DNA of 44,057 nt from Bacteroidales bacterium. GTDB taxonomy: Bacteria > Bacteroidota > Bacteroidia > Bacteroidales > UBA7960. Location of the stretch: contig SKOK01000019.1 of the NCBI GenBank assembly GCA_007120085.1, positions 1 through 44,057 of the forward strand, read 5' to 3'. The notes under the pieces are model-generated. The model was given only the letters and a program-made list of their open reading frames with translations, searched no databases and was not told the origin of the DNA. Positions 33,775 through 42,690 of the stretch are shown piece after piece. Positions within the stretch are counted from its first letter, which is position 1, and the number at the start of each line of letters is the position of its first letter. The translations under genes and the position numbers were made by a program.

Positions 33775-36700
33775 TCAATTGTCAATCGTTAACCGGTCAT
33801 CGTTTCTGTTTGCCATAATCCGTGACAGGTATATTGCCTCGTAAATGGCTTGTTGGATATTTGTTCTTATGCTTTCTTCAATAATGGTTCTGTTGTGCAT
33901 ATCGGGGTATGTCCTGTTGGATAAAAATACAAAAATAAGGTTTTCGATGGGATCTGCCCAGGCGAGTGTGCCGGTAAACCCACTGTGTCCGAAGCTAAGT
34001 GGTGATGCACTTTTCGAAGCAGGGCCGGGCTCATCTCGCTTTAATTGTGGTTTGTCAAATCCCAGGCCACGTCGGTTATTATTGAAAAAGTATTGCACCC
34101 TGGTAAACTCGCTAACTATTTCCGGATCAAAAAACTGATCCCCGCCATAGCTGCCTTTATTCAGGAACAGCTGCATCAACACTGCCAGATCGGCAGCATT
34201 GGAAAACAGGCCCGCGTGCCCGCTAACACCTCCAAGCATGGCGGCAGTCTGGTCGTGCACGTGCCCCCTGACCACCTGTTTTCGCCAGAGTTCGTCATTT
34301 TCCGAAGGCACGATCCTGTCAGCATTGAAACGATTCAGGGGTGTAAAACCCATTGTTGAAAGCCCAAGAGGACGGTATAAGAAAAGATCAACATATTCGT
34401 CGAGGCTATGGCCTGTAAGTGTTTCGACCAATTCTGCCAGCAATATGAAGCCGAGGTCACTATACCTGTATTCATATTTTTCCAGCAAGTCGGAGTGGGC
34501 GATTTGCGTAAATATGGTATCCCGGTAGCTGGCATTTATAAACAATCTTTCAGCCACCTGGACAGGGTAAGTTGATGATTGCCTGTTGTGATAAATGCCA
34601 TCGGCTTTTCGTCCGTTTTGCATTGTGTTTGAAAAGAACGGTATCCAGGGAAACAGGCGCGCCTGGTGTGCCAGCAATTGCCGGAGCCTGATATCACCCT
34701 TGTCGGAACTATCCAGGAATGTCAGGTATCGGCCAATCGGTTGATCGAGCTGAACGATGCCCTGGTCAACCAGGTGCATTATGGCAGCAGTAGTAGCCGC
34801 AATCTTTGTGACGGATGCCAGGTCATAAATGTCGGAGTTTTTTACCAGCCTCAGGCTGTCGTATCTATGGTGTCCGAATGATTTATTGTAAATCATCACC
34901 CCGTCTTTTATGATGGCGATCTGACAACCGGGATAAGCCATCATCCTGATTCCGTTAATTGCCAGGGAGTCAACCTTGTCAAGATATTCGCTTTTGATGC
35001 CTGCTTCTTCGGGGCGTCCGTAACGTATCCTGCCAGGTTCAGGCGTAATGATGCGTTGACCTTCAGCAAAGTGTACCCCGACTGATACCGGCAGGCTGCC
35101 AGTGACCTGCAGCCCCCCGAAAACAGCCTGGGCAGCTGCCTCCCTGAATGGCGTTTCATCCTGGTAAGCGACGAAAACAGCTTCAGCATTCAGTATGTCG
35201 TCCTTGAAAAATGCAAGACTGTATGGGTTTGCAAAGATGTTTAAAACTACCTGGTGCCGTACTGATATTTTATTGATCAGCGCAATGGTCCTTCCGTTAA
35301 TCCCGTAGTTGCGTGATGGAAAGAAACTGTTGTTGTGAATGGACAAAATCACCAGGTCGTAGGCCTCCAGTTTCTGCAACATTTGTTTTGCCCTTTCGGG
35401 GCTATGGTTTTTGTCAATCCCGTAAAATGACAATGCGGTGTAGTTGCCAAGCATTCGATGAAAACTGTTTCCGGGGTAGTCGCCTATGGCAAGTGCAGCA
35501 ATGCGTTGGTTTTGGAGTCCGGCAAGGGGAATGATGCTTTTTTCGTTTCGCACAAGGGTAATGGAGGCTTCAGCGAGGGATTTGTGCAGCAGCTGCCCCT
35601 GCGTGGAGTTAAGGTCCTCTGTAAGATGCTCATCAGTAATAAAAAAGAAGTCATCAAGCCCTGCCTTCTGCTTGTAATATAGCACCTTTTTGCATTTTGC
35701 ATTGATCAGCGCTTCACTTATGATTCCCTTATGGATGGCGTTTTTGATGGTTTGCACGGTTGCAGGAATGCTTTTTGGAAACACCAGGATGTCGTTTCCT
35801 GCAATGAGTGCCTGCAGTTCAAGCTCACCGGGTTCAAGATAGTTGCTTACACCTTTCATCTGCAATCCATCGGTAAAGATCAGGCCGTTAAAACCCAGGT
35901 CTTTGATTAGCATATCGGTAACGATGCTTTTTGAAAGGCTTGATGGCCTGCCTTTCTGGGGTTCAAGCGAAGGAATCTCCAGGTGGGCGATCATGATGGA
36001 CTTCAATCCTTCTTCCATCAGTCGTTTGAAGGGGTAAATATGAATGTTTTCGATTTCATTGCGAGCCTGACTAAGTAAAGGCAGCGTGTGGTGAGAGTCC
36101 TCGGTGGTGTCGCCGTGACCGGGGAAATGTTTGGCACAGGCAATAATGCCCGCATCCTGCATACCCAGCATATATGCGATCCCCTTGCTGGCTGCATTTT
36201 CCGGACATTCTCCAAAAGCCCTGAAGTTAATCACCGGGTTTTCCGGATTATTATTCACATCAACCACGGGTGCGAAATTTATGTGCACACCAAGCCGTTT
36301 TAACTGCTGGCCAATTTCAAAGCCCATTTCATAAATGAGCTGATTATCTTCAATGGCCCCAAGTGTCATTTGCCTAGGAAAAGCAATGGTGCTGTCGAGC
36401 CGCATGGCTGGCCCCCATTCAGCATCCATCGCAACAAACAAGGGAGTCTGTACCTGGCTTTGCAAGCGGTTGGTAAGCCTCACCTGGTCTAATGGAGTGC
36501 CTTTGAAAAATACCACACCGCCAATATGATGTTGTATGACCAACCGGGTGATTTCATTTTCATAAGATTCGCCACGGTCCGAATGCACTTCAACCATAAT
36601 CAGCTGGGCAATTCGCTGTTCAAGGCTTAGTGAAGCAAAGACTGAATCCACCCAGGGAGTGGAATACGCGTCATTATCAGTGTCAACCAATGCAGCTTCT

Positions 36701-36789
36701 GATGGAAGGAATGAATGGAAGAAAAAGGCAAAAAACAAAACAAGTGCAATCAGCAATGATGGCAGAGAAAATATATTGAGCTTACGCAT
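33775..36789 (-). CDS. Fusion of a glycoside hydrolase family 3 (NagZ-like beta-N-acetylhexosaminidase) domain and a serine beta-lactamase/transpeptidase-fold hydrolase
   Basis: 1004 aa with a signal peptide. GH3 motifs are VAMDAEWG and KHFPGHGDTTEDSH. The C-terminal half carries SxxK (LASVTKIAATTA) and the class-C-like fold. This architecture is known in Bacteroidota. Confidence 0.85.
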   Translation of the reverse strand: MRKLNIFSLPSLLIALVLFFAFFFHSFLPSEAALVDTDNDAYSTPWVDSVFASLSLEQRIAQLIMVEVHSDRGESYENEITRLVIQHHIGGVVFFKGTPLDQVRLTNRLQSQVQTPLFVAMDAEWGPAMRLDSTIAFPRQMTLGAIEDNQLIYEMGFEIGQQLKRLGVHINFAPVVDVNNNPENPVINFRAFGECPENAASKGIAYMLGMQDAGIIACAKHFPGHGDTTEDSHHTLPLLSQARNEIENIHIYPFKRLMEEGLKSIMIAHLEIPSLEPQKGRPSSLSKSIVTDMLIKDLGFNGLIFTDGLQMKGVSNYLEPGELELQALIAGNDILVFPKSIPATVQTIKNAIHKGIISEALINAKCKKVLYYKQKAGLDDFFFITDEHLTEDLNSTQGQLLHKSLAEASITLVRNEKSIIPLAGLQNQRIAALAIGDYPGNSFHRMLGNYTALSFYGIDKNHSPERAKQMLQKLEAYDLVILSIHNNSFFPSRNYGINGRTIALINKISVRHQVVLNIFANPYSLAFFKDDILNAEAVFVAYQDETPFREAAAQAVFGGLQVTGSLPVSVGVHFAEGQRIITPEPGRIRYGRPEEAGIKSEYLDKVDSLAINGIRMMAYPGCQIAIIKDGVMIYNKSFGHHRYDSLRLVKNSDIYDLASVTKIAATTAAIMHLVDQGIVQLDQPIGRYLTFLDSSDKGDIRLRQLLAHQARLFPWIPFFSNTMQNGRKADGIYHNRQSSTYPVQVAERLFINASYRDTIFTQIAHSDLLEKYEYRYSDLGFILLAELVETLTGHSLDEYVDLFLYRPLGLSTMGFTPLNRFNADRIVPSENDELWRKQVVRGHVHDQTAAMLGGVSGHAGLFSNAADLAVLMQLFLNKGSYGGDQFFDPEIVSEFTRVQYFFNNNRRGLGFDKPQLKRDEPGPASKSASPLSFGHSGFTGTLAWADPIENLIFVFLSNRTYPDMHNRTIIEESIRTNIQQAIYEAIYLSRIMANRNDDRLTIDN

Positions 36790-36955
36790 CTAATAGTTGA
36801 AACCAAAACAGTTAATTACTTGATAAACTGTGCAAATATATTACATTTTGAGATGATTTCTAAGTGGGTGGGTTGCTTTTAATGATTTTTCTGGAAATCC
36901 CTTCCAGCCATTGTTTTTGAAATAGCTGTCAAGTGCTTAAAAATCAGGATTTTTT

Positions 36956-38290
36956 TCAGAGCCTGACCAGTTTCCATTTTCCTGTTCCCAGGTATATGAT
37001 TGAAATTGCTCCGAGGAGTGCAAAGTAGAGCACCTCTACCAACCACACTGTGGGAGCTGAAGCATCCATGGCGATGGCCAGGAAGAAGGCAGTTGCTATG
37101 TAAATGGCAATCGCGATCACTTCTATGATCAATGCCACAAAGGTTTTCCCTGTGCCGGATAGGCCGCTGAAGATGATCATCCCAAATGCAAAGCTTAGCA
37201 GTGCGACGGAAACGATCCGCAGCAGTGGGACTGTGGCTTCAATAAGATGGGGTTCGTTGGTGAAGAATCCGGCAATTTGCTGTGGGAAGAAGATGTTGAA
37301 TTGCACTATGACCAGGTTGATCACAAGGCCGGTAAATAATACTTTCTTGATAAGCGGAATCACCTCGTGGCTTTTGCCCTGACCGATGAGGTTGCTTACG
37401 AGGCTGTTGGTGGCTGAGCTCAGCCCCCATACAGGGATCATCAGGAGCATGTAAAAGCTCCGGGTAATGTTGGAGGCTGCCAGGGCTGTTTCACCGATTT
37501 GCTCTATCACCATGAAAAATACAAACCAGGCGGAAAAGGAGAAAAAGTATTGAAACATTACTGGTACTGCAACTTTCATTAATGGACGGTATTGTTGCCA
37601 GTTTGGTTTTAGGAAGCTAAACAGGCTGTAAACTTTGAAGCTCCTGTTTTTCCAGGACCAGGTCACCAGGAATGCAAATGTGACCAGTTCAGCGATGTTG
37701 GTGGCCCAGGCAGCGCCGGCAATGCCCATTTGAGGCATTCCGAAATGGCCGAAGATGAGGGCATAATCAAGGAATATGTTGAACGCCGCCATCAACATTG
37801 TGCTGGCTATCAGGATGTTTGTTCTGGCTGTTCCAATGTAGAAGGCATTAAAGCCCAGCACCAGGAAACCAAAAAGGAAGCCAAATCGCCGATGTTCCAG
37901 GAATATCAGGCCCTCTGCGAGTACCCTTTCGGACTGCAGAAACCAGCTTAGAAAGGAAGGGGCGAGGTAAGAAACGATGACAAAAAGGAGTATTGCCAGG
38001 GTGAATAAAAAATATAACCCATGGTCGAATATGGGGCCAATGTGTTTTTTGTTGCCTTCCCCATTCCTGCGCCCGATGACAATCTGAGTGCCTACGCTGA
38101 ATCCTGCGCCCAGCATCACCAGGCAGAGGTAGAAGAGGCCGCCAACAGCTGCCGCTCCGAGTGTGACCTCTCCCAATCGGCCCAGGAATGCCGTGTCGAT
38201 GGCCACCATCAGGTTCTGGGCCACAAGGCCAATGATGATGGGCCCCGAAATCCGCCAGATGCTCCTGTATGTATTCTCAACTGCAGTCAT
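36956..38290 (-). CDS. MATE-family efflux transporter
   Basis: 444 aa with about 12 TM helices in two repeated halves. The N-terminal pattern IWRISGPIIIGLVAQNLMVAIDTAFLGRLG is typical of MatE domains. Confidence 0.85.
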   Translation of the reverse strand: MTAVENTYRSIWRISGPIIIGLVAQNLMVAIDTAFLGRLGEVTLGAAAVGGLFYLCLVMLGAGFSVGTQIVIGRRNGEGNKKHIGPIFDHGLYFLFTLAILLFVIVSYLAPSFLSWFLQSERVLAEGLIFLEHRRFGFLFGFLVLGFNAFYIGTARTNILIASTMLMAAFNIFLDYALIFGHFGMPQMGIAGAAWATNIAELVTFAFLVTWSWKNRSFKVYSLFSFLKPNWQQYRPLMKVAVPVMFQYFFSFSAWFVFFMVIEQIGETALAASNITRSFYMLLMIPVWGLSSATNSLVSNLIGQGKSHEVIPLIKKVLFTGLVINLVIVQFNIFFPQQIAGFFTNEPHLIEATVPLLRIVSVALLSFAFGMIIFSGLSGTGKTFVALIIEVIAIAIYIATAFFLAIAMDASAPTVWLVEVLYFALLGAISIIYLGTGKWKLVRL

Positions 38291-38441
38291 TTATTTGTAG
38301 TTATCCTTAGTTGTTTGGAGAATGTTTTTTCTTATCCCTCACCCCCCTGCCCCTCTCCCAGGTGAGAGAGGTGCCCATCACTCAGGTGCAATGCAATTGC
38401 TTTTTCTTCCTTCCAGTTTGCTGCTTCGAGCTATTATGTTC

Positions 38442-38490
38442 TGCAACCATCAACCAGCACTTTAACCCGCAACCATGAAATCTGTAACCC
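38442..38490 (-). repeat. Period-7 array abutting the rlmI stop codon (minus strand: GGGTTACAGATTTCATGGTTGCGGGTTAAAGTGCTGGTTGATGGTTGCA)
   Basis: Direct reading. It contains TTCATGGTTGCGGGTT, one mismatch from the core in the arrays at 91 and 3501. The stop (TGA) is at 38491-38493. Confidence 0.7.
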
Positions 38491-39690
38491 TCAACTTACA
38501 ACTAGCATGAGTCCTTTTAGGTATTGTCCTTCGGGGTGAAAAAGGTTTACCGGATGGTCAGCCGGTTGGGTTACCTGGTGAAGTATCCGCACCTGCCTGC
38601 CGGCGAGGATGGCGGCGGCCATGACGGTTGACCGGAAAAGGTTCATATCGACAACCTGCGAGCAGCTGAAGGTAAACAATATGCCATTTGGAGCAATGGC
38701 CTTGAGGGCTTCCATGTTGAGGCGTTTGTAACCCTGCACGGCGTTGTGTTTGACGTGCTGATGCTTTGCATAGGCAGGAGGGTCCAGTATGATCACTTCG
38801 TATTCTTCATCCGTTTGACGCAGATACTCCATCGCGTCAGCAGTGATTGACCTGTGTTTTCCTGTTTTTCCAAAGTTCAGGAGCATGTTTTTCTCTGTGA
38901 GCGACATGGCGCGTGCCGAGCTGTCGAGCGAATGAACTTCGGTAGCATTGGCGTTTAATGCATAAACAGAAAAACCGCCACTATAGCAAAAGGTGTTTAG
39001 CACTTTTTTGTTTCTGACATAGTAGGAGAGGAGTTGCCTGTTTTCTCGCTGGTCAATGAAAAAGCCGGTTTTTTGTCCTTCGCGAATGTCAACAAGAAAG
39101 CGATGCCCGTTCTCCAATACTTCTACCATGCCTGTTTCGTCAAATAGCTGGTAGCTGGGCTCCTTGTCTTTCCAGAATGATGCAGGGAGTGTCTCACGGC
39201 TTTTGTCGTGGATGCTTTTGAGCTGATTGCCATAAATCGTTTTCAAGGCTTCAGCAATGGGTCCAATGAAACCGTAAAGTCCAGTGCTATGTATTTGTAT
39301 CACAAGGTGCCCGTTATAATGGTCGATGATGAGCCCGGGCAAATGATCACCTTCGCCGTGTACCAGCCTGTAAACACTGGTTTTTGGTGCATCGGTAAGT
39401 CCGACAGTTTCGCGCAGGCGGTATGCTGCGCGTAATTTTTCTTCCCAGAAGGTTGTGTCGAAGTCCTGTGGGCGTGATGGAGCAAATGCCAGTATGCGCA
39501 CGGCAATAGTGGCATCCTGGTATATGCCGCATCCAAGGTATTCATCCTTGTTAGAGAATAGCTCCGCCCTGGCTCCGTCAAAAACAGGGCCTTCCATTTT
39601 TTTGATGGCACCACTAAAAACCCATGGATGGTAGCGTTTTATGGCATCATCCTTCCCTGATCGCAATATGATCTTAAGTGTTTTGGTCAT
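38491..39690 (-). CDS. rlmI: Class I SAM-dependent rRNA (cytosine-C5) methyltransferase, RlmI-like (PUA plus MTase)
   Basis: 399 aa with an N-terminal PUA-like region (RYHPWVFSGAI), the SAM-binding region VLNTFCYSGGFSV, and motif IV VIILDPPAYAK. Confidence 0.8.
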   Translation of the reverse strand: MTKTLKIILRSGKDDAIKRYHPWVFSGAIKKMEGPVFDGARAELFSNKDEYLGCGIYQDATIAVRILAFAPSRPQDFDTTFWEEKLRAAYRLRETVGLTDAPKTSVYRLVHGEGDHLPGLIIDHYNGHLVIQIHSTGLYGFIGPIAEALKTIYGNQLKSIHDKSRETLPASFWKDKEPSYQLFDETGMVEVLENGHRFLVDIREGQKTGFFIDQRENRQLLSYYVRNKKVLNTFCYSGGFSVYALNANATEVHSLDSSARAMSLTEKNMLLNFGKTGKHRSITADAMEYLRQTDEEYEVIILDPPAYAKHQHVKHNAVQGYKRLNMEALKAIAPNGILFTFSCSQVVDMNLFRSTVMAAAILAGRQVRILHQVTQPADHPVNLFHPEGQYLKGLMLVVS

Positions 39691-40012
39691 GCAGTTTCAG
39701 TTGTATAGGCTTCTGCGAAGCATTTTTACAAAAAAATTATCTGACTGCAAAAGTAATTAAATGATTTAGGTTGTGACATAACATATCCCAATTAAGCATA
39801 TACCAGGTTTTACATTATCGAGTGACCAAAAGATAATCCGATCGGCGGTGTTCATTGTGCCAATGATGTGGAGGCTTTCCTGGCCACTCACCCTCAAACT
39901 TCAGCAAAACCTTTCACGATTACACCGACGAGCGCAATGGGTTTATGGTTTGGCAAGATATGCTGGAGGAAGAATATTTCTGATTTGCTTTATCTGGTAA
40001 GGTTTGGCATGT

Positions 40013-40290
40013 TTACGTATAAAAATTTATGCTGTTGTTTGCAATCGCATTGTTTGGTAGCTCAAAAAATGCTAAAAAAGATAAGCATTTTGGCAAAAAA
40101 ATGTGGCTTTCAATGAGTTTAAACCCAAGCTGCTCTTCAATCTTTTTTAGCTTTTCCCAGGTTTGCCGGTACGCCAGCCCCCTTTCTTTGACTGCGGCAC
40201 TAAGCGAGCCAGTTTCACGGATTGTCTTCAACAGTCACCATTTTTCTTCACCATTGCCCAAATTTTATTATCTTTAAGGAGATTTTTGAT
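40013..40290 (-). pseudogene. Degraded ModE-N-terminal-like winged-HTH regulator (frameshifted and truncated)
   Basis: One frame reads ...KIWAMVKKNGDC-stop. A second frame reads LLKTIRETGSLSAAVKERGLAYRQTWEKLKKIEEQLGFKLIES, then unrelated sequence and a stop. Together they fit the template RIWxExxG..(FGxGKxx)LLxxIxETGSxxxAAxxxxxSYxxAWxxIxxxE. The FGxGK segment is missing and there is no C-terminal GGxxGGG part. Confidence 0.45.
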
Positions 40291-40351
40291 CAATCTGATC
40301 AATGATTTTAAAAACCAAAATTTATTCGTATTGAAAAAGATTTGAATTGCA

Positions 40352-40558
40352 TTGATTATCATTGGTTTCATAGTGACCATTTTCAGTGGTATCACTTTTC
40401 AGAAAGAAGAGAGTGTGGTTGAAATCGGTGATTTTGAAGTCACCAGGGAAGAAGACAAAGAACTCTCCTGGCCAAGATGGGCCGGTATTGCGGTAATTGG
40501 CGGCGGAGTTGTTGTATTGCTTGTTGGAAGCAGGAAGGTGAACCGGTCTGGCAATTAA
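40352..40558 (+). CDS. Small two-TM membrane protein (possibly N-terminally eroded)
   Basis: 68 aa from a TTG start with two hydrophobic segments (IIIGFIVTIFSGI and WAGIAVIGGGVVVLLVG). An in-frame TGA lies 9 nt upstream, so only a short first helix is possible. Confidence 0.35.
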   Translation: MIIIGFIVTIFSGITFQKEESVVEIGDFEVTREEDKELSWPRWAGIAVIGGGVVVLLVGSRKVNRSGN

Positions 40559-40616
40559 ATTTTAAATTATTGAATTTGTTTGGTTCTAATGTTTTCACCG
40601 AAACACTGGCTTGATT

Positions 40617-42032
40617 ATGTTCAAACGCGAAGATATTCCTACTCCACCTGTATGGCTGGCCCTTATCCCTGTTATTGTGACCGCCATACTGCTGATTTTT
40701 TCTGTTTTTGTCGTTGATGCACAGCCTCACTTTGCGCTTCTCATCGGGGCTGCGACAGCAGGATTGTGTGCATCATGGCATGGTTTTTCCTGGAAAACAA
40801 TCAAGGAGGGCTTTAAGCATTCGGTTGCCCGCACCATACCATCCATCATGATTCTGCTGATCATCGGTATGTTGATCGCCGTCTGGATCGCCAGCGGCAT
40901 TGTTCCTGCCCTGATGTATTACGGTTTTGAGTTTTTTGTGGCACGCTGGTTCCTGCCGCTGATCCTTCTGTTCTCCGCTTTCATGGCATTGATCACCGGA
41001 AGTTCGTGGTCAACCATCGGCACCATCGGGGTGGCAGCAATCGGTGTGAGCGAAGGGATCGGAATCCCGCTGCCGATGACTGCAGGAGCAATCGTTTCAG
41101 GTGCTTTTTTCGGCGACAAGCTCTCACCGATGTCGGATTCAACCAACCTTACGCCTTCAGTGCTTGGCGTTAACCTCTACGACCACATCAGGCATATGCT
41201 TTACACCACCCTCCCGGCACTCGGAATCTCGCTGATCGTTTTTGCCATCATGGGTTTTATTGCCTCGTCAAACAATGGCAATGGGGGAGATGTGTCGGCC
41301 TATACTGAGTATATTCGTGAACACTTCAACCTGAGCATCTGGCTCTTTATCCCGCCATTGGTTGTGATCTTTCTGATCATCAAAAAGGTGCCTGCCATAC
41401 CCAGCCTTTTATCAGGACTGATACTTGGAGGCGCTGCTTACCTGGTGATACAGGGTGGAACGCTTTCGGGTTTCCTGGAAAGCCTTCATACGGGCTTTTT
41501 GATAGACACCGGACAGGATGAAATGGATGCTTTGTTTACCAGGGGTGGCATGGACAGCATGTATGAGGTGGTAGCCCTGGCCTTGATATCGCTTACGCTG
41601 GGCGGCATCATGGACTATACCGGAATGCTGCACAGCCTCGTGCTTGTGCTGTCGCGTCTCACCAATACCGTTGGAAACCTTACGGCAACAGTGCTGGGAA
41701 CGTCTGTCTTTGTGAACCTTTTTGGAGCCAATCAGTACCTGGCAGTGATCCTGCCCGGACAAATGTATGAAGAGTGTTACCGCGACAAGCGGCTTAAGCT
41801 CAAAAACCTTACCCGGACGCTTGAGGCGGGCGGCACCCTTACTGCCCCGCTCATCCCGTGGAACAGCAGCGGGGTATTTGTTTATGCCGCTATCGGTGTT
41901 TCGGTAACCGCCTATGCGCCTTATGCGATACTCTGCTGGGTTACCGGTATCATCGTGCTGGCCTTTGGTTACATGAACATTACGATGCACAAGTGCAAAG
42001 CTTCAGAGGATGAAGAGGAGGATCAGCAGTAG
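40617..42032 (+). CDS. nhaC: Na+/H+ antiporter, NhaC family
   Basis: About 471 aa from ATG 40617, with 11-12 TM helices. Typical NhaC stretches are GSSWSTIGTIGVA, FFGDKLSPMSDSTNL and LIPWNSSGV. Confidence 0.85.
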   Translation: MFKREDIPTPPVWLALIPVIVTAILLIFSVFVVDAQPHFALLIGAATAGLCASWHGFSWKTIKEGFKHSVARTIPSIMILLIIGMLIAVWIASGIVPALMYYGFEFFVARWFLPLILLFSAFMALITGSSWSTIGTIGVAAIGVSEGIGIPLPMTAGAIVSGAFFGDKLSPMSDSTNLTPSVLGVNLYDHIRHMLYTTLPALGISLIVFAIMGFIASSNNGNGGDVSAYTEYIREHFNLSIWLFIPPLVVIFLIIKKVPAIPSLLSGLILGGAAYLVIQGGTLSGFLESLHTGFLIDTGQDEMDALFTRGGMDSMYEVVALALISLTLGGIMDYTGMLHSLVLVLSRLTNTVGNLTATVLGTSVFVNLFGANQYLAVILPGQMYEECYRDKRLKLKNLTRTLEAGGTLTAPLIPWNSSGVFVYAAIGVSVTAYAPYAILCWVTGIIVLAFGYMNITMHKCKASEDEEEDQQ

Positions 42033-42122
42033 CATCGTGAGAAAAAGTCCAGGTAATGGCTCGGTTGTACAGCCCTTGATTCGTTTGCTCATTGATCAGT
42101 AAAGCCTCCCGGCCGTCAACAA

Positions 42123-42416
42123 TTATTGTTCCTGCACCCATAGGCTCATGGTTGCCGCGCCGTGTTGCCTCCGGCCGTCAAACTCAATGTTTTCGATGAC
42201 CATAAAACCGCTGTCAATGATGAACCTTGCCTGGTTTTGTTCGCCTTGTGGTGCGTGGGCGTGTTTGTCATCCAATAGTTCATATTCATCAATGGCAAAT
42301 TCAAACTCCAGCTTTGCCGGAAGTTTTTTCGGTGATGTGTCCATCAGCTTATCACATGCATAGAGGGTTACGGCAAGGCCGAATAAGATTAAAAGAGCGC
42401 TTTTATAAGCGATCAT
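42123..42416 (-). CDS. Small hypothetical lipoprotein
   Basis: 97 aa with a lipobox-like LYAC after a hydrophobic signal. No family recognised, and it may be truncated (see findings). Confidence 0.4.
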   Translation of the reverse strand: MIAYKSALLILFGLAVTLYACDKLMDTSPKKLPAKLEFEFAIDEYELLDDKHAHAPQGEQNQARFIIDSGFMVIENIEFDGRRQHGAATMSLWVQEQ

Positions 42417-42621
42417 TTTTATTATAGATCGCTTTGGAAATCAGCAACATACAACAATGCTCTTTTGTTAAGGCGAAAAAACTGTGCCAAAGGTTGTAAT
42501 CAGAATCAAACCGTATTATAAACAACTTGTTAACTTCCTGAGAATTTTGACATAAGCATGTAGGTAAGAGTAACTGCTGTAAAAAATCATAGTTGAAGTT
42601 GCCGTATTATTTTTTAAAAAC

Positions 42622-42672
42622 TGCATCCAGTTCGATGTTTGTTTAAAAATAAACACATATGGATGCTGCAAT
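42622..42672 (-). terminator. Possible terminator hairpin downstream of the CusB-like gene
   Basis: On the minus strand GCAUCCA and UGGAUGC form a 7-bp stem with a 30-nt partly self-pairing loop, followed by AGUUUUU. The long loop makes this uncertain. Confidence 0.3.
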
Positions 42673-42690
42673 CACTCACTCACTCACTCA
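42672..42690. repeat. Tetranucleotide microsatellite (TCAC)x4 plus TCA, overlapping the stop codon of the CusB-like gene
   Basis: Direct reading gives TCACTCACTCACTCACTCA. On the coding strand this is TGA(GTGA)x4. Confidence 0.9.

Noticed and set aside
39868-40116. 82-aa plus-strand ORF and overlapping 60-82-aa ORFs (40029-40277, 40163-40345) in the rlmI-nhaC gap
   Set aside because: They show no motifs and have Cys/Leu-rich odd composition. They overlap the better-supported wHTH remnant on the other strand.
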